Shown here piece by piece: positions 63,855-64,000 of a DNA stretch of 64,000 bases. The stretch is from contig NC_043008.1 of the NCBI RefSeq assembly GCF_006345805.1, forward strand, positions 34,286,001-34,350,000, given 5' to 3'. Made by a program: the position numbers and the translations under genes. This DNA is from Octopus sinensis (taxonomy: Eukaryota). Position 1 is the first letter of the stretch. Every line of letters begins with the position of its first letter. Below the pieces are notes generated by a model. It had not been told where the DNA came from, made no database searches, and saw only the letters and a list, made by a program, of their open reading frames with translations.

Positions 63855-64000
63855 TATGTATACTCTTTTACTTGTTTCAGTCATTTGACTGCGGCCATGC
63901 TGGAGTACCGCCTTTAGTCGGACAAATCGACCCCAGGACTTATTCTTTGTAAGCCCAGTACTTATTCTATCGGTCTATTTTGCCGAACCGCTAAGTGACG
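63855..64000 (-). mobile_element. SINE family A, 3' part (runs off the window)
   Basis: Reverse complement of 59880-60027. Confidence 0.88.

Noticed and set aside
1-64000. CRISPR arrays, rRNA, snoRNA or prokaryotic or viral inserts
   Set aside because: No regularly spaced repeat-spacer array, no rRNA similarity, no well-spaced C/D box pair and no gene-dense segment seen.

Overview
Very AT-rich, repeat-dense animal genomic DNA. The SINE, RTE, Penelope, Helitron and MITE repertoire and the microsatellite load look like an octopus (coleoid cephalopod) genome; this is recognition from memory, not a database result. One protein-coding gene is supported: the 3' half of sorting nexin-27 (SNX27) on the minus strand. 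Six GT-AG exons (63053-62975, 60257-60097, 58303-58214, 57525-57376, 55325-55197, 52015-51956) splice in frame into the FERM-like domain. Two small exons missed by the ORF track (47008-46965, 44 nt; 31242-31200, 43 nt) join in frame to give the tail ...DWQKE-PFKCGLEMNQTSAES-EDSDRVIDGH*. A probable terminal exon starts at 28188 and may carry a very long 3'UTR. The rest is transposon debris: Penelope-like elements, Helitrons, Tc1 DD34E, maT DD37D, mariner, pogo and TTAA MITEs, RTE tails and several SINE families. There is also a 1.1-kb tandem duplication that looks like an assembly artefact and a 100-N gap. The most interesting observations are several minimal hammerhead-ribozyme motifs in Penelope repeats (one an apparent U3-A8 compensatory core variant present in both arms of an inverted repeat), a 319-bp near-perfect palindrome next to an SNX27 exon, and a microexon cassette that could give SNX27 several C-termini. 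No CRISPR, rRNA or true tRNA gene is supported. Nearly all ORF-track entries are microsatellite or repeat noise. Repeat boundaries are approximate; exon boundaries were read base by base.
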